Of a stretch of DNA of 32,000 bases, positions 1 through 8,301 are shown piece by piece. The translations under genes and the position numbers were made by a program. Source of the stretch: Methylophaga frappieri. GTDB lineage: Bacteria > Pseudomonadota > Gammaproteobacteria > Nitrosococcales > Methylophagaceae. Every line of letters starts with the position of its first letter. Position 1 is the first letter of the stretch. The notes below the pieces were generated by a model. It was not told where the DNA came from. It saw nothing but the letters and a program-made list of their open reading frames with translations, and did not search any database. The stretch is from positions 1,380,001-1,412,000 of the forward strand of contig NC_017856.1 in assembly GCF_000260965.1 (NCBI RefSeq), written 5' to 3'.

Positions 1-1069
1 ACAATCCATCTTGCATAACCGCACACAGGATGCACGGTATGAACGTCTCACTTTTAATACCCAAACGGCTATTTTCTTCGATACCAGCACACTGACTATT
101 GGCGGCCAGTATCGCGAACAGGAAACCGAAAACCCGAGTCGTGCAATTGGTGAACCTAACCTGAAACGCTGGGATGGCGCATTGTTTGCTGAGAATGAAT
201 GGCTTATTACCGATAATTTTGCGTTAACGACTGGCGCTCGTTTTATCAAAGATGAAGAATACGGTAATGAAATCACCCCTCGCGTATATGGTGTCTATAA
301 ATTTACCCAGAACGTCAGCGTCAAAGGGGGCTACAGTACCGGTTACCGCACACCAGATCTGAAACAAGGTACAGATGACTGGGTCGAAGGCGGTGGTGGT
401 GGGGGTACCGATGGCGCTGACATTGGTAACAGCAGCCTGAAACCAGAAAGTAGTAAAACCTACGAACTCGGTCTTTACTGGACGCATCCTGAAGGCGTGT
501 TGGCCTCATTAACCGCGTATCAGACGAAATATGAAGATAAAATCGAAAAACCCATTATCTGTGATCGGCGTGTTGGACCAGAGCTAACCTGCATTTATGG
601 TGGTTATGATTACGAAGCGGTATATCAATACATCAATGTGGACGAAGCCGAGTTGAAAGGCTTGGAAGCAGCATTGCAATTCCCGCTTTCAGACACGATT
701 CGGGTCAACATGAACTTTACCCTGAGTGATACGGAAATCACCTCTGGTGAACTAAAAGGTAACCCGTTGAATAACTATCCAAAACGGATGTTCAACTTAG
801 GCCTGAACTGGCGTGTCACGCCCAAGTTACGGATGTGGTCCCGGGCACGCTACAAGAGCGAAACTGAACAAACTGTTGGTGGTCGTGGTGGCCCAACCCA
901 ATATCCATCTTATACCGTCGTTGATGCGGGTCTTGGCTATGATATTTCTGACAACGTCTCAATCTATGGTGGTATTTACAACGCGCTGGATAAAGAAATC
1001 CTGCCAGATGATTACGGCAAAACACTGGAAGGACGGCGTTTTTCAGCAGGCATTACCGTCGGCTTTTAA
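1..1069 (+). CDS. TonB-dependent outer-membrane receptor, C-terminal ~350 aa (5' end off-window)
   Basis: The frame is open to the window edge, and the TTG at 11 is only the first start-like codon. The sequence is beta-barrel style (YELGLYW, GLNWRV, GLGYDI) and ends RRFSAGITVGF with a terminal Phe, typical of TonB-dependent receptors. Confidence 0.9.
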   Translation, partial: QSILHNRTQDARYERLTFNTQTAIFFDTSTLTIGGQYREQETENPSRAIGEPNLKRWDGALFAENEWLITDNFALTTGARFIKDEEYGNEITPRVYGVYKFTQNVSVKGGYSTGYRTPDLKQGTDDWVEGGGGGGTDGADIGNSSLKPESSKTYELGLYWTHPEGVLASLTAYQTKYEDKIEKPIICDRRVGPELTCIYGGYDYEAVYQYINVDEAELKGLEAALQFPLSDTIRVNMNFTLSDTEITSGELKGNPLNNYPKRMFNLGLNWRVTPKLRMWSRARYKSETEQTVGGRGGPTQYPSYTVVDAGLGYDISDNVSIYGGIYNALDKEILPDDYGKTLEGRRFSAGITVGF

Positions 1070-2424
1070 ATCACATTGGGATTACCCGCTGCCAAGGCAG
1101 CGGGTAATCGAATCTGTAAACACGTAGATGCACGTTCTACAAAACTAATTTCGCCGCCATTATTACGAACAATTTGTCGGGCAATAGCCAGACCCAGCCC
1201 GGTTCCCGGCGTATTACTGTATTGTTTTTTAAACCGGGAAAACATACTGTCTGCCAGCGCCACAGGTAATGACGTGCCCGCATCCTGTATCTCAATGACC
1301 AGACTGCCGTTCTGCTGCGTAAGGCGAATCTCCGTCTCCCCTTTGCCATGATGCAATGCATTACTCAACACATTGGTAACGACTTCCATCATCGCACTGT
1401 ACTCGGCAACGCAGTAATAGGTTTCTGTTTGGCAATCAAAAGTAATCTGTCGTTGCTGGGAGGCAAACAACGGCGCCGTATCCTCAATACACTCCTGAAT
1501 TAGATCTGCCATATCAATCAACCGCTGATCATGCAACGCGGTTTGTTGATGCTCGTGCCGGGCCAGCGATAATAATTGCTCGACCAATAAACGCATTTGA
1601 TCCCGTTGTCGGAGCATTGCGGCAATATCCGTCTGCCCGGTATTTTGTAGCTCTTGAATATGCAAATCCAGAATGGTCAACGGCGTACGGAGTTCATGAG
1701 CGGCATCGGCAACAAATACTTTCTCACGTTGAACAGCATGCATCAGCCGCTCCAGCGCCTGATTAGCAGCCTCTACCAGTGGCATGATCTCACGCGGCAA
1801 GCCCGCATCAGGAATACGCTTTTCCTTATCACTCGGCGTGATGGTTTCGGCAACACGGGCAGCGGCCCGAACAGGTTTAAGAATCCATAATAGTAACAAC
1901 GGTATCAAGGTTGCCAAGGCAATTAAACTTAACGGAATCAGCAGCAACAGACTGTTAAAGAGTCGCTCCAACATCACCCGTTGGAGGATTTCACGTTGTT
2001 GCAGATCTTCCTTGGCGACCATCATGGTCGTACCGTCAGCCAGATAGGCCGGCACCACCAGCACTTTTCCGGAAAAATATTTTCCTGGCCGCTGTAACCA
2101 GCTTCGGTTCATGATAAACGGCCGATAGCGGAGTGGCCGATGCAAGTTTTCCGACATCCACAAAACCTTACCGTCGGTGTCATACAAGGTGTAAGCAATA
2201 TTTTTATTGCCTAACCGAATTGGCAACTGCTCTAACTCACTGTCTGCGGTATACCCAGCGGTCAGTATCCGTGCTTCAAAAAAAGCTACGACCCGTCGAA
2301 TGCCATCCGTATTGAGGAAAAAGCTATAAGCAATGATCACAAAGCTCACGACAACCATCACAATCAAGGCAATGCTAATACGGCGGTTTAAATGATAATG
2401 GCTGTTGCGCGTGTGGTTTTTCAT
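1066..2424 (-). CDS. Two-component sensor histidine kinase (two TM segments with periplasmic loop, HisKA + HATPase)
   Basis: 452-aa ORF. It has an H-box FVADAAHELRTPLT, an N-box VLSNALHHG, and G-boxes IQDAGTSL and GTGLGLAIARQIV. Hydrophobic segments lie near residues 16-37 and 155-182. Its ATG overlaps the regulator stop codon (ATGA, 2421-2424). Confidence 0.9.
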   Translation of the reverse strand: MKNHTRNSHYHLNRRISIALIVMVVVSFVIIAYSFFLNTDGIRRVVAFFEARILTAGYTADSELEQLPIRLGNKNIAYTLYDTDGKVLWMSENLHRPLRYRPFIMNRSWLQRPGKYFSGKVLVVPAYLADGTTMMVAKEDLQQREILQRVMLERLFNSLLLLIPLSLIALATLIPLLLLWILKPVRAAARVAETITPSDKEKRIPDAGLPREIMPLVEAANQALERLMHAVQREKVFVADAAHELRTPLTILDLHIQELQNTGQTDIAAMLRQRDQMRLLVEQLLSLARHEHQQTALHDQRLIDMADLIQECIEDTAPLFASQQRQITFDCQTETYYCVAEYSAMMEVVTNVLSNALHHGKGETEIRLTQQNGSLVIEIQDAGTSLPVALADSMFSRFKKQYSNTPGTGLGLAIARQIVRNNGGEISFVERASTCLQIRLPAALAAGNPNVI

Positions 2425-3125
2425 GATTCTGGTGCGTTATATTGAGAAGAATTTAAAATCAGACGGTAGCCCAGCCCATGCGCGGTTTCGATTCGGCAGT
2501 TGGTGCCCACCTCTCGCATTTTTCGTCGCACTCTTGAAATCAACGCTTCAATCGCATTCGCTGATGACTCTTCATCCCAGCTATACAACTGTGACTCTAA
2601 CGCCTGCTTGCTGAAAATATGATGTGGCTGACGCATCAATAAGGCCAACATCACCAGTTCACGCCTGGCAAGACCAATTGCGTGATCTTCAGCATGTAAA
2701 ACATGACTGCTCATATCCAGCCACATATTGCCCAATGCGGGCTGTGTTATATCGACTTGTTTTGGACGACGTGACAATGCCTTGATTCGTGCTTCCAGCT
2801 CAGCAATATCAAAGGGTTTGACAAGGTAATCATCGGCACCGGCATCCAGACCAGAAACCCGATCTTCTATCGCGTCACGAGCCGATAAAATAAGGCAGAA
2901 GCTGTCCGTTAACAGCTGTTTTTGCCGCAATCGTCTTAACAAACTCAGACCATCCACATCCGGTAGTCCCAGATCCAGAATCAGCATTTCGTATTGGGAT
3001 AGTTGCAACAGGGTTTCAGCCTGAGAAGCCGTTGCCGCATGATCGATAACATGTCCGTTTCGCGCCAGATGACGACTGACCAATACCGCTAATTCTGGGT
3101 GATCTTCGACAATTAATATTTTCAC
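2421..3125 (-). CDS. OmpR/PhoB-family response regulator
   Basis: 234 aa with a GTG start at 3125 preceded by GGAGGA. Receiver-domain motifs are IVEDHPELA, MLILDLGLPDVDG and LVKPF. A winged-helix C-terminus ends HGLGYRL. Confidence 0.9.
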   Translation of the reverse strand: MKILIVEDHPELAVLVSRHLARNGHVIDHAATASQAETLLQLSQYEMLILDLGLPDVDGLSLLRRLRQKQLLTDSFCLILSARDAIEDRVSGLDAGADDYLVKPFDIAELEARIKALSRRPKQVDITQPALGNMWLDMSSHVLHAEDHAIGLARRELVMLALLMRQPHHIFSKQALESQLYSWDEESSANAIEALISRVRRKMREVGTNCRIETAHGLGYRLILNSSQYNAPES

Positions 3126-3224
3126 ACCCGATCCTCCAACATTGTTCCGGCTGTCAGCTTATGGTCAGGATTGGCTGATAACCTCGCAAAAATATAAATA
3201 ATAAAGCAAACCGTTATCATTGGC

Positions 3225-3557
3225 ATGCGAATAGAGCGTATTTATCATTGGTTGTCACAACCCTCCACCAAGGCTATGGCCGGAAGAACCCGAGGTGACG
3301 TCGCGATTCGGAGTTTGTTAGCAGTATTTGCAGGCTACCTGTTATCTGGCCTCTGGGCAGCCTTACTCAGTCTTCTCTTACCGGGCGAACTGCATCAGGC
3401 AGTGCTGACAGCAACCATCACCGCTTTTATGTTTTTCACGATTTACGTTATCTGGGTGTTCCATAGTCAGTATTTGCGACATATTGTCTGGGGCTCGGCA
3501 TTGGCTGGTATGGTCATGCTGGCCGGTGTTCTCTTGTTGCGGAGTACGTCGTCATGA
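3225..3557 (+). CDS. Small membrane protein, DUF3649-like (partner of PepSY_TM proteins)
   Basis: 110-aa ORF with three hydrophobic helices. Its stop overlaps the next gene's ATG (ATGA at 3554-3557). An alternative start is the ATG at 3276. The family call comes from sequence style and the conserved gene order DUF3649-PepSY_TM-DUF3325. It has not been checked by search. Confidence 0.65.
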   Translation: MRIERIYHWLSQPSTKAMAGRTRGDVAIRSLLAVFAGYLLSGLWAALLSLLLPGELHQAVLTATITAFMFFTIYVIWVFHSQYLRHIVWGSALAGMVMLAGVLLLRSTSS

Positions 3558-5146
3558 GTGAAACGCAACCATTATTTCGTCAAAGCAATACCTGGCTACA
3601 TACCTGGAGCGGCATCGTGGTTGGTTGGCTGCTATATCTGATTTTTTTTACCGGCTCATTGAGTTTTTTCCGTGAAGAAATCAATACCTGGGCGCAGCCT
3701 GAACTCAATCAAATTACCCAAGCGGAAACCGCGGCTGGCTGGCAAAACGCGCTGCAATTTCTCAGTGACACCGCACCTGCTTCACCGCAATGGGCTATCA
3801 ACCTGCCCAGCGAACGACAACCTGCCATTGAACTGCAATGGTTTGATGAAGGTGAAGAAGTTAACCGACGCGGTGGACATCGCGCTTTATTAGATCCGGC
3901 AACTGGCGAGACTATCGTTACCAGAGAAACACGGATTGGCGATTTTCTGTATCGCATGCATTTTGATCTTTATGGGATGCCGCGTGAATTAGCACGCTGG
4001 CTGGTGGGTATTGCCACCATGGCCATGTTCATCGGACTTATCACCGGCATTATTATTCATAAAAAAATATTTAAAGATTTTTTCCTTTTTCGCCCGCACA
4101 AGGGGCAGCGTTCCTGGATGGATATTCATATCGTATCCAGTGTGCTGGCTCTGCCTTTCCACTTGATGATCACCTTCAGTGGTCTCTTGCTTTTGTTGTA
4201 TTTGCTGATGCCGTGGGGGATTCAGACCGCATATAACGGGGATATGCGCGCATACTTCGAAGCAAGTGGGGGGCGCGGTGGCGGGTCTGTTTCAGTCACT
4301 ATGCCTTTGCCTGACGATCTAACAAGTCACACTTCGCTGATCAGTCAAACAAAGACATTAATGCACATGGCTGAAACAAGCTGGTCCCGAGGTGTAGACA
4401 GTCTGCAGATTGTCGATCCTCAGGGCTCACCGTCTATTAGACTGCGCCAGCGTGGTGCCAATAGTTTGCTGAATCGGGCCAGAAGTGAAACATTACAATT
4501 TGACACCAACACATCTGTGCTTACCTTAGAGCAAGGCAAACCAGAGGTTGGTTTCTGGCGTGGTTTTTATAACGTCGTCACGGCACTGCACCTGCTTCGC
4601 TACGCTGACGCCTTACCACGCTGGTTATTTTTTCTGGGGGGTATTCTCGGCACCATCATGGTAGCAACCGGATTACTGTTATGGGTAGAAAAACGCAAAC
4701 AAAAAGTTGCCAAGAATGGCGAATGGCGACGATCATTCCGCCTTGTACAAATCTCGAATGTGGCCGCCATAGCTGGTTTACCATTAGCAACTGCCGCTGC
4801 ATTTTGGGCAAACCGTCTCTTACCCACTACTATCGCGCAACGTGAATTATGGGAAATCCGGATTTTCTTCATTGTCTGGCTGGGCAGTCTGCTTTACAGC
4901 CTGTTTCGCAATCACCGACAGGCATGGATCGAACAACTTGCGCTGATGGCGTTATTATTTCTGACCCTGCCAATTTATAACCTGTGGCGATTACCGGGCC
5001 ATAGTCTATTAACTTTCAGCTTTGATGTTGTCCTGCTGGTGATGGGGATGCTGGCATTGATCACCAGTCGTAAGTTAAGCCAACGCCAGTCCAATGTAGT
5101 CAAGAACGTCAAACCTCGTTCTTCGTTAAAGCGTTCCTTGCCATGA
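3554..5146 (+). CDS. PepSY-associated TM protein (PiuB/FoxB-like putative ferric-siderophore reductase)
   Basis: 530-aa polytopic membrane protein. His-containing TM helices include WLHTWSGIVVGWLLYLIFFTGSLSFF and RSWMDIHIVSSVLALPFHLMITFSG. ATGA overlaps with both neighbours. Confidence 0.85.
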   Translation: MSETQPLFRQSNTWLHTWSGIVVGWLLYLIFFTGSLSFFREEINTWAQPELNQITQAETAAGWQNALQFLSDTAPASPQWAINLPSERQPAIELQWFDEGEEVNRRGGHRALLDPATGETIVTRETRIGDFLYRMHFDLYGMPRELARWLVGIATMAMFIGLITGIIIHKKIFKDFFLFRPHKGQRSWMDIHIVSSVLALPFHLMITFSGLLLLLYLLMPWGIQTAYNGDMRAYFEASGGRGGGSVSVTMPLPDDLTSHTSLISQTKTLMHMAETSWSRGVDSLQIVDPQGSPSIRLRQRGANSLLNRARSETLQFDTNTSVLTLEQGKPEVGFWRGFYNVVTALHLLRYADALPRWLFFLGGILGTIMVATGLLLWVEKRKQKVAKNGEWRRSFRLVQISNVAAIAGLPLATAAAFWANRLLPTTIAQRELWEIRIFFIVWLGSLLYSLFRNHRQAWIEQLALMALLFLTLPIYNLWRLPGHSLLTFSFDVVLLVMGMLALITSRKLSQRQSNVVKNVKPRSSLKRSLP

Positions 5147-5472
5147 TGTTATCCAGCCTGCTTGCTTTGCAAGGTTTACTCATGCTGGTCATTTCACAGC
5201 AAGGCAAGTTGATTCTCGAACAGCCTCTGGATCGCTATTACACCCTTTTGTTTCAAATCACTGCCAGCCTGTTACTGAGTATCGCCATCCTGATGTGGCT
5301 TCCCCGTGATGACGTTTCTATGGGGATCTCACATGCCATTATGTTGTTTGGTGTGATCGCACTGATTCCCGTTTTTATGCTGACCTATCGGAAAGCCTGG
5401 ATACCCCGGTTCGCCTCATTGGTGCCACTAATTGGTATTAGTTATCAGATTTTGTTGATTTATAAAAATTAA
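5143..5472 (+). CDS. Small membrane protein, DUF3325-like
   Basis: 109-aa ORF with three to four hydrophobic helices, translationally coupled to the PepSY_TM gene (ATGA at 5143-5146). This is the usual third gene of this module. Confidence 0.65.
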   Translation: MMLSSLLALQGLLMLVISQQGKLILEQPLDRYYTLLFQITASLLLSIAILMWLPRDDVSMGISHAIMLFGVIALIPVFMLTYRKAWIPRFASLVPLIGISYQILLIYKN

Positions 5473-5800
5473 AATCCTGAGCATCCTCAACATCAGAGCT
5501 ACTGCCATCATCAATAGTGCTTTTCTCGGTGACGTGCCGCTTTGGCAACAACACTATTCCCTTAACGGTCATATCAACTGTGGTGGTTACGGCGCCTGTA
5601 CTGCCTCAGGTAGCAACGCCATAAATATCAGAAAAAACGGGGTATACAACGTGATGAGGACCAACGATAACCTCGACGCCTACTGCAATATCGCGCTGAT
5701 GAGTCAATAGTCCGACCACTAATCAAGTCGTGGCCATTAAAAATTAATCCGTTCAATTTTCATGATTATTGGATTTGGCTCCTCAGCCTAACCCAAGATC

Positions 5801-6718
5801 TCAATCGGAAAATGTCGCTTCAATATCCGACCGAAAATTAAAATAGGACGTATTCAATAAGGTTCTATAAACCCCTGCCACATTCATTGGCAACCATTCT
5901 GAATACATTCGCAGATCCGCATAATCAGGCAAAGTAATTTCTGCTTGTAGGGTGGAGAGATTTTTTCCGGCTAACATGCCATCTCTGACAGCAGAATATA
6001 ATGCTTCTAAATACTTAAGATATCGTTCAACGTCTTCACGTTCACCGATGTCGGCATGACCACCAATAAATAAGTCAAATGATGGCCCATCAAGAATTTC
6101 TCGCGTAGCGTGAATCATGCCGTGAATATCATAGCCAGGTAAATCTTGATATGGCATTCTTCCAACAACAATCCAGTCCACCACAAACAGCACATTAGCC
6201 GGTAATATCCGCATACTGATGGAACCTCGACCATTATTAACGCCATGGTATTGCATGACTATCTCTGTCTCGCCCATGGTCAGGTTTAATTTATCTGAAA
6301 AAGTTAAATCCGGCATGGCCGTCGGCGCGCGCGTCCAGCGGAGATCCTCTGCTGCTAATTCATGTGCAATCACAGTGATATTATCTTTGTCCCAGACCGA
6401 TCCGCCCATTGTGTGGTCGATATGATTATGGCTGTAGGCAAGGTAACGTACCGGTACATCAAATCGACTGGCTAGGGCCTTTTTTAAATAGAGCGCAGCC
6501 GCATCCGAGATAGGATCGGTCACCAGAATGCCCGCTTCTGTGACGACAAATATGGCGTGATAATGCCCTGCAGTAAATCGATAAACATTATCTTTCATGA
6601 GCTCAATACGATAATCCGTCTCGCTCGCCATGCTGATCAAGGGCATAAAATAACACCCTAAAAAGAGTAACAACAGTTGTGTTGTCATCCGGATATACCG
6701 CGCTATCGACATATTCAT
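5801..6718 (-). CDS. Secreted metallo-beta-lactamase-fold hydrolase
   Basis: The motif YSHNHIDHTMGG matches the HxHxDH zinc motif, and later His/Asp residues (GGHADIG) follow. The N-terminal signal peptide ends ISMA-SE. The track ORF starts at TTG 6727. ATG 6718 or ATG 6712 (better spaced from GAGG) is more likely. Confidence 0.8.
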   Translation of the reverse strand: MNMSIARYIRMTTQLLLLFLGCYFMPLISMASETDYRIELMKDNVYRFTAGHYHAIFVVTEAGILVTDPISDAAALYLKKALASRFDVPVRYLAYSHNHIDHTMGGSVWDKDNITVIAHELAAEDLRWTRAPTAMPDLTFSDKLNLTMGETEIVMQYHGVNNGRGSISMRILPANVLFVVDWIVVGRMPYQDLPGYDIHGMIHATREILDGPSFDLFIGGHADIGEREDVERYLKYLEALYSAVRDGMLAGKNLSTLQAEITLPDYADLRMYSEWLPMNVAGVYRTLLNTSYFNFRSDIEATFSD

Positions 6719-6759
6719 ACGCCTCAATCCAATCGCCTATTCTTAGCCTGATTCATCAA

Positions 6760-6793
6760 GCTCACTGTTTAAAAAAATTATAAAACAGTGAGC
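6760..6793. repeat. Perfect 11-bp inverted repeat (GCTCACTGTTT-N12-AAACAGTGAGC)
   Basis: Arms at 6760-6770 and 6783-6793 are exact reverse complements around an A/T-only 12-nt spacer. The repeat lies about 30 nt upstream of the MBL gene start, inside the divergent region shared with the 34-aa ORF. Neither strand has a following T-run, so it is not a canonical terminator. Confidence 0.7.
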
Positions 6794-6890
6794 AATCGCT
6801 TCTGGTTTGATCTGGATCAATGCCTGTCCCGCCATTAAAGCCAAAAATAACACAGGACTTGTTAATCACAACAACAAACAGGAGTTCATT

Positions 6891-6995
6891 ATGTTGAAAC
6901 TTGAAGCATGGGTAATGCAACACTTTGTAGAAATTATTCTGGTCATGTCAATCCTTTGCTTGGGGCTAGTATCCGTTGGTTGGTTGTTATCCTAA
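6891..6995 (+). CDS. Candidate 34-aa single-TM small protein
   Basis: ATG at 6891 is preceded by AGGAG with a 6-nt spacer (acAGGAGttcattATG). It encodes MLKLEAWVMQHFVEIILVMSILCLGLVSVGWLLS. It is the inner part of track ORF 6807-6995. Its stop TAA at 6993-6995 overlaps the convergent EEP stop. Confidence 0.45.
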   Translation: MLKLEAWVMQHFVEIILVMSILCLGLVSVGWLLS

Positions 6996-8080
6996 GCCTC
7001 GCTACCAGGCCGCGGCACTTGTTGCTGGCTCACGTTCTTACTGTTGGTTATCTCAGATGCCCATTGCTGATCATCGGCATCCGCATCCAAACCTTCCTGT
7101 TCGGGGTTTGGCTTTGGATTCAGTGTCAGTCTGGCAAGCAGAGGGAAATGATCTGAGCCAATCGAAGACAAACGTTGAATTTCGTTTACCGTAAAGTGGG
7201 CGCTGTGAAAAAGGTGGTCCAGTGGCCAGCGAAGAAAGGGAAACTTCACGTGGAAGGTATTAAACATACCTCGTCCAATTCGGGGATCCAGCAAGCCGCT
7301 GATTTTACGAAACAGTCGCGTCGTTGCTGACCAAGCGACATCGTTTAAATCTCCAGTCACAATCACCGGCTGATCACTGCTGAACACACTGCGCCCGACC
7401 ATGATAAGTTCAGCATCACGCTCGCTTGATTCTTCATTTTCGGTTGGACTGGGCGGGGCTGGATGAAGGAAATGCATCCGTACCTGTTCGCCACATGGCA
7501 TTTTTACTAACGCATGCATGGAGGGAACATCCGATTGGACCAGAAAACTGATTTTTGCTTCCAAAAGTGGTCGTCTCGAATAGACATGCATGCCATATAA
7601 ATTATCCAGCGGACACTTTATGCTATAAGGCATCTCAGTGAGCAGGCTGTCTAACTGCGATTGCCACCACGCATCAGATTCCAATGTCACCAAAATATCG
7701 GGCTGATATTGCCGGACCAGTTGCAGCAATGCTTCCGCATTGCGATTTGGCGTCAACACATTTGACGTCAAAATCGTCAGCTGCCGGTCGGGCATATCCT
7801 CTACCGCTGCTTTGACCTCTGCGGTCCAAAGCCAAGTGTAAGGCAGCACCCACCATAATTGCCAGACCAGACATCCTGCCGTGGTTATAATCAACAGCCA
7901 AACCAAGTCAGATCGGGCATCTAGACAGAAAAAGTGCGCCAGCAGCAACCCCAGTGCCAATACCGCGATCTGCAAACGTGGATAATCCATGCCTCGAATC
8001 AGCCAGTGTGGATGTCGCCACTGCGGCAACAACGTAATACACACCAGTAGTATTGTTGCAATACTGTGCCAAATCAGCAT
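6992..8080 (-). CDS. Membrane-anchored endonuclease/exonuclease/phosphatase (EEP) family protein, YafD-like
   Basis: 362 aa. Three N-terminal hydrophobic helices are followed by EEP motifs LTILTSNVL, DILVTLESD, VIVTGDLNDV and IGSDHFPLL. GGAG lies upstream of the ATG at 8080. Confidence 0.8.
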   Translation of the reverse strand: MLIWHSIATILLVCITLLPQWRHPHWLIRGMDYPRLQIAVLALGLLLAHFFCLDARSDLVWLLIITTAGCLVWQLWWVLPYTWLWTAEVKAAVEDMPDRQLTILTSNVLTPNRNAEALLQLVRQYQPDILVTLESDAWWQSQLDSLLTEMPYSIKCPLDNLYGMHVYSRRPLLEAKISFLVQSDVPSMHALVKMPCGEQVRMHFLHPAPPSPTENEESSERDAELIMVGRSVFSSDQPVIVTGDLNDVAWSATTRLFRKISGLLDPRIGRGMFNTFHVKFPFLRWPLDHLFHSAHFTVNEIQRLSSIGSDHFPLLARLTLNPKPNPEQEGLDADADDQQWASEITNSKNVSQQQVPRPGSEA

Positions 8081-8139
8081 GAATTCTCCAGTTTTTCAGT
8101 CATCGTCATGGTGTAGCGCATATTTTCCTGCCATGGAGA

Positions 8140-8262
8140 TCATGTGAGCAACCGTGCCAATTTAAGCTGTTTTTCCAATTGTTGGACTTTGCTCAAGGCC
8201 ACCACACCAAACACAAAACCGATAATGCCAAAACAAAAGCCCAATATGCCAAACGTCATCAT
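8140..8262 (-). CDS. Candidate 40-aa small membrane protein
   Basis: Minus-strand ATGATG at 8262 is preceded by GGAG with an 8-nt spacer (GGAGtaaagaaaATG). It encodes MMTFGILGFCFGIIGFVFGVVALSKVQQLEKQLKLARLLT, and the stop is TGA at 8140-8142. It is co-directional with ZIP (39-nt gap) and EEP (59-nt gap). Codon choice resembles its neighbours. Confidence 0.45.
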   Translation of the reverse strand: MMTFGILGFCFGIIGFVFGVVALSKVQQLEKQLKLARLLT

Positions 8263-8301
8263 TTTCTTTACTCCTGTCAGCGTACCGCGGTGTACACTAA
8301 A

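Noticed and set aside
3176-3215. AT-rich stretch (aaaatataaataataaagcaaaccgttatcatt) as a possible Fur box for the PepSY_TM operon
   Set aside because: The best hand alignments reach only about 9-10 of 19 matches to GATAATGATAATCATTATC. That is not distinguishable from generic AT-rich promoter DNA.
6760-6793. The 11-bp inverted repeat read as an intrinsic terminator for the EEP gene
   Set aside because: It lies about 200 nt past the EEP stop, has a 12-nt A/T loop, and is followed by no U-run on either strand. I kept it as a possible operator or leader hairpin instead.
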